Origin: Dicyema japonicum
Taxonomy: Eukaryota > Animalia > Dicyemida
DNA: 64,000 nt
NCBI GenBank assembly: GCA_011109175.1
Contig: RDEW01000053.1
Span: 248,001 to 312,000, forward strand
Direction of reading: 5' to 3'
Under the pieces are notes generated by a model that saw only the letters and a list, made by a program, of their open reading frames with translations, ran no database searches and had not been told where the DNA came from. Shown one piece after another: positions 63,961-64,000 of this stretch. The position numbers and the translations under genes were made by a program. How positions within the stretch are numbered: position 1 is the stretch's first letter; each line of letters opens with the position of its first letter.

Positions 63961-64000
63961 TGTTAAAAAATTATTTTTTGAAAAAAAAGTTATTACAATG

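Overview
Eukaryotic nuclear DNA, AT-rich, with one N at 16490. It is dominated by decayed transposable elements: many APE-type non-LTR fragments (Jockey/I-like and RTE-like), CRE-like and one R4/R2-like RLE-type fragments, pogo/Tigger and Merlin DNA-transposon remnants, a gypsy integrase remnant, and a ~320-bp SINE family. Three dispersed, degenerate rDNA fragments are present (one 18S 5' end, two 28S pieces). Six host genes lie between the repeats and are largely missed by the ORF track because tiny GT-AG introns split them. Splicing by hand gave ARPC2, an SLC16/MCT-type MFS transporter, Cactin, a PRC1/Ase1-like gene, REC8 and NAP1. Of 45 introns called, 44 are about 19-30 nt, mostly 22-25 nt. 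This intron size plus animal-type genes suggests a highly derived animal parasite such as a dicyemid; this is inference only. Several genes carry single-base slips in short homopolymers, most likely assembly errors. The best candidate for something new is the SINE: it has a TSD, a 3' stem-loop shared with the local LINEs, and an internal domain that can fold with HDV-ribozyme-like double-pseudoknot topology (non-canonical and untested). All protein assignments come from recalled family motifs; no database search was run.
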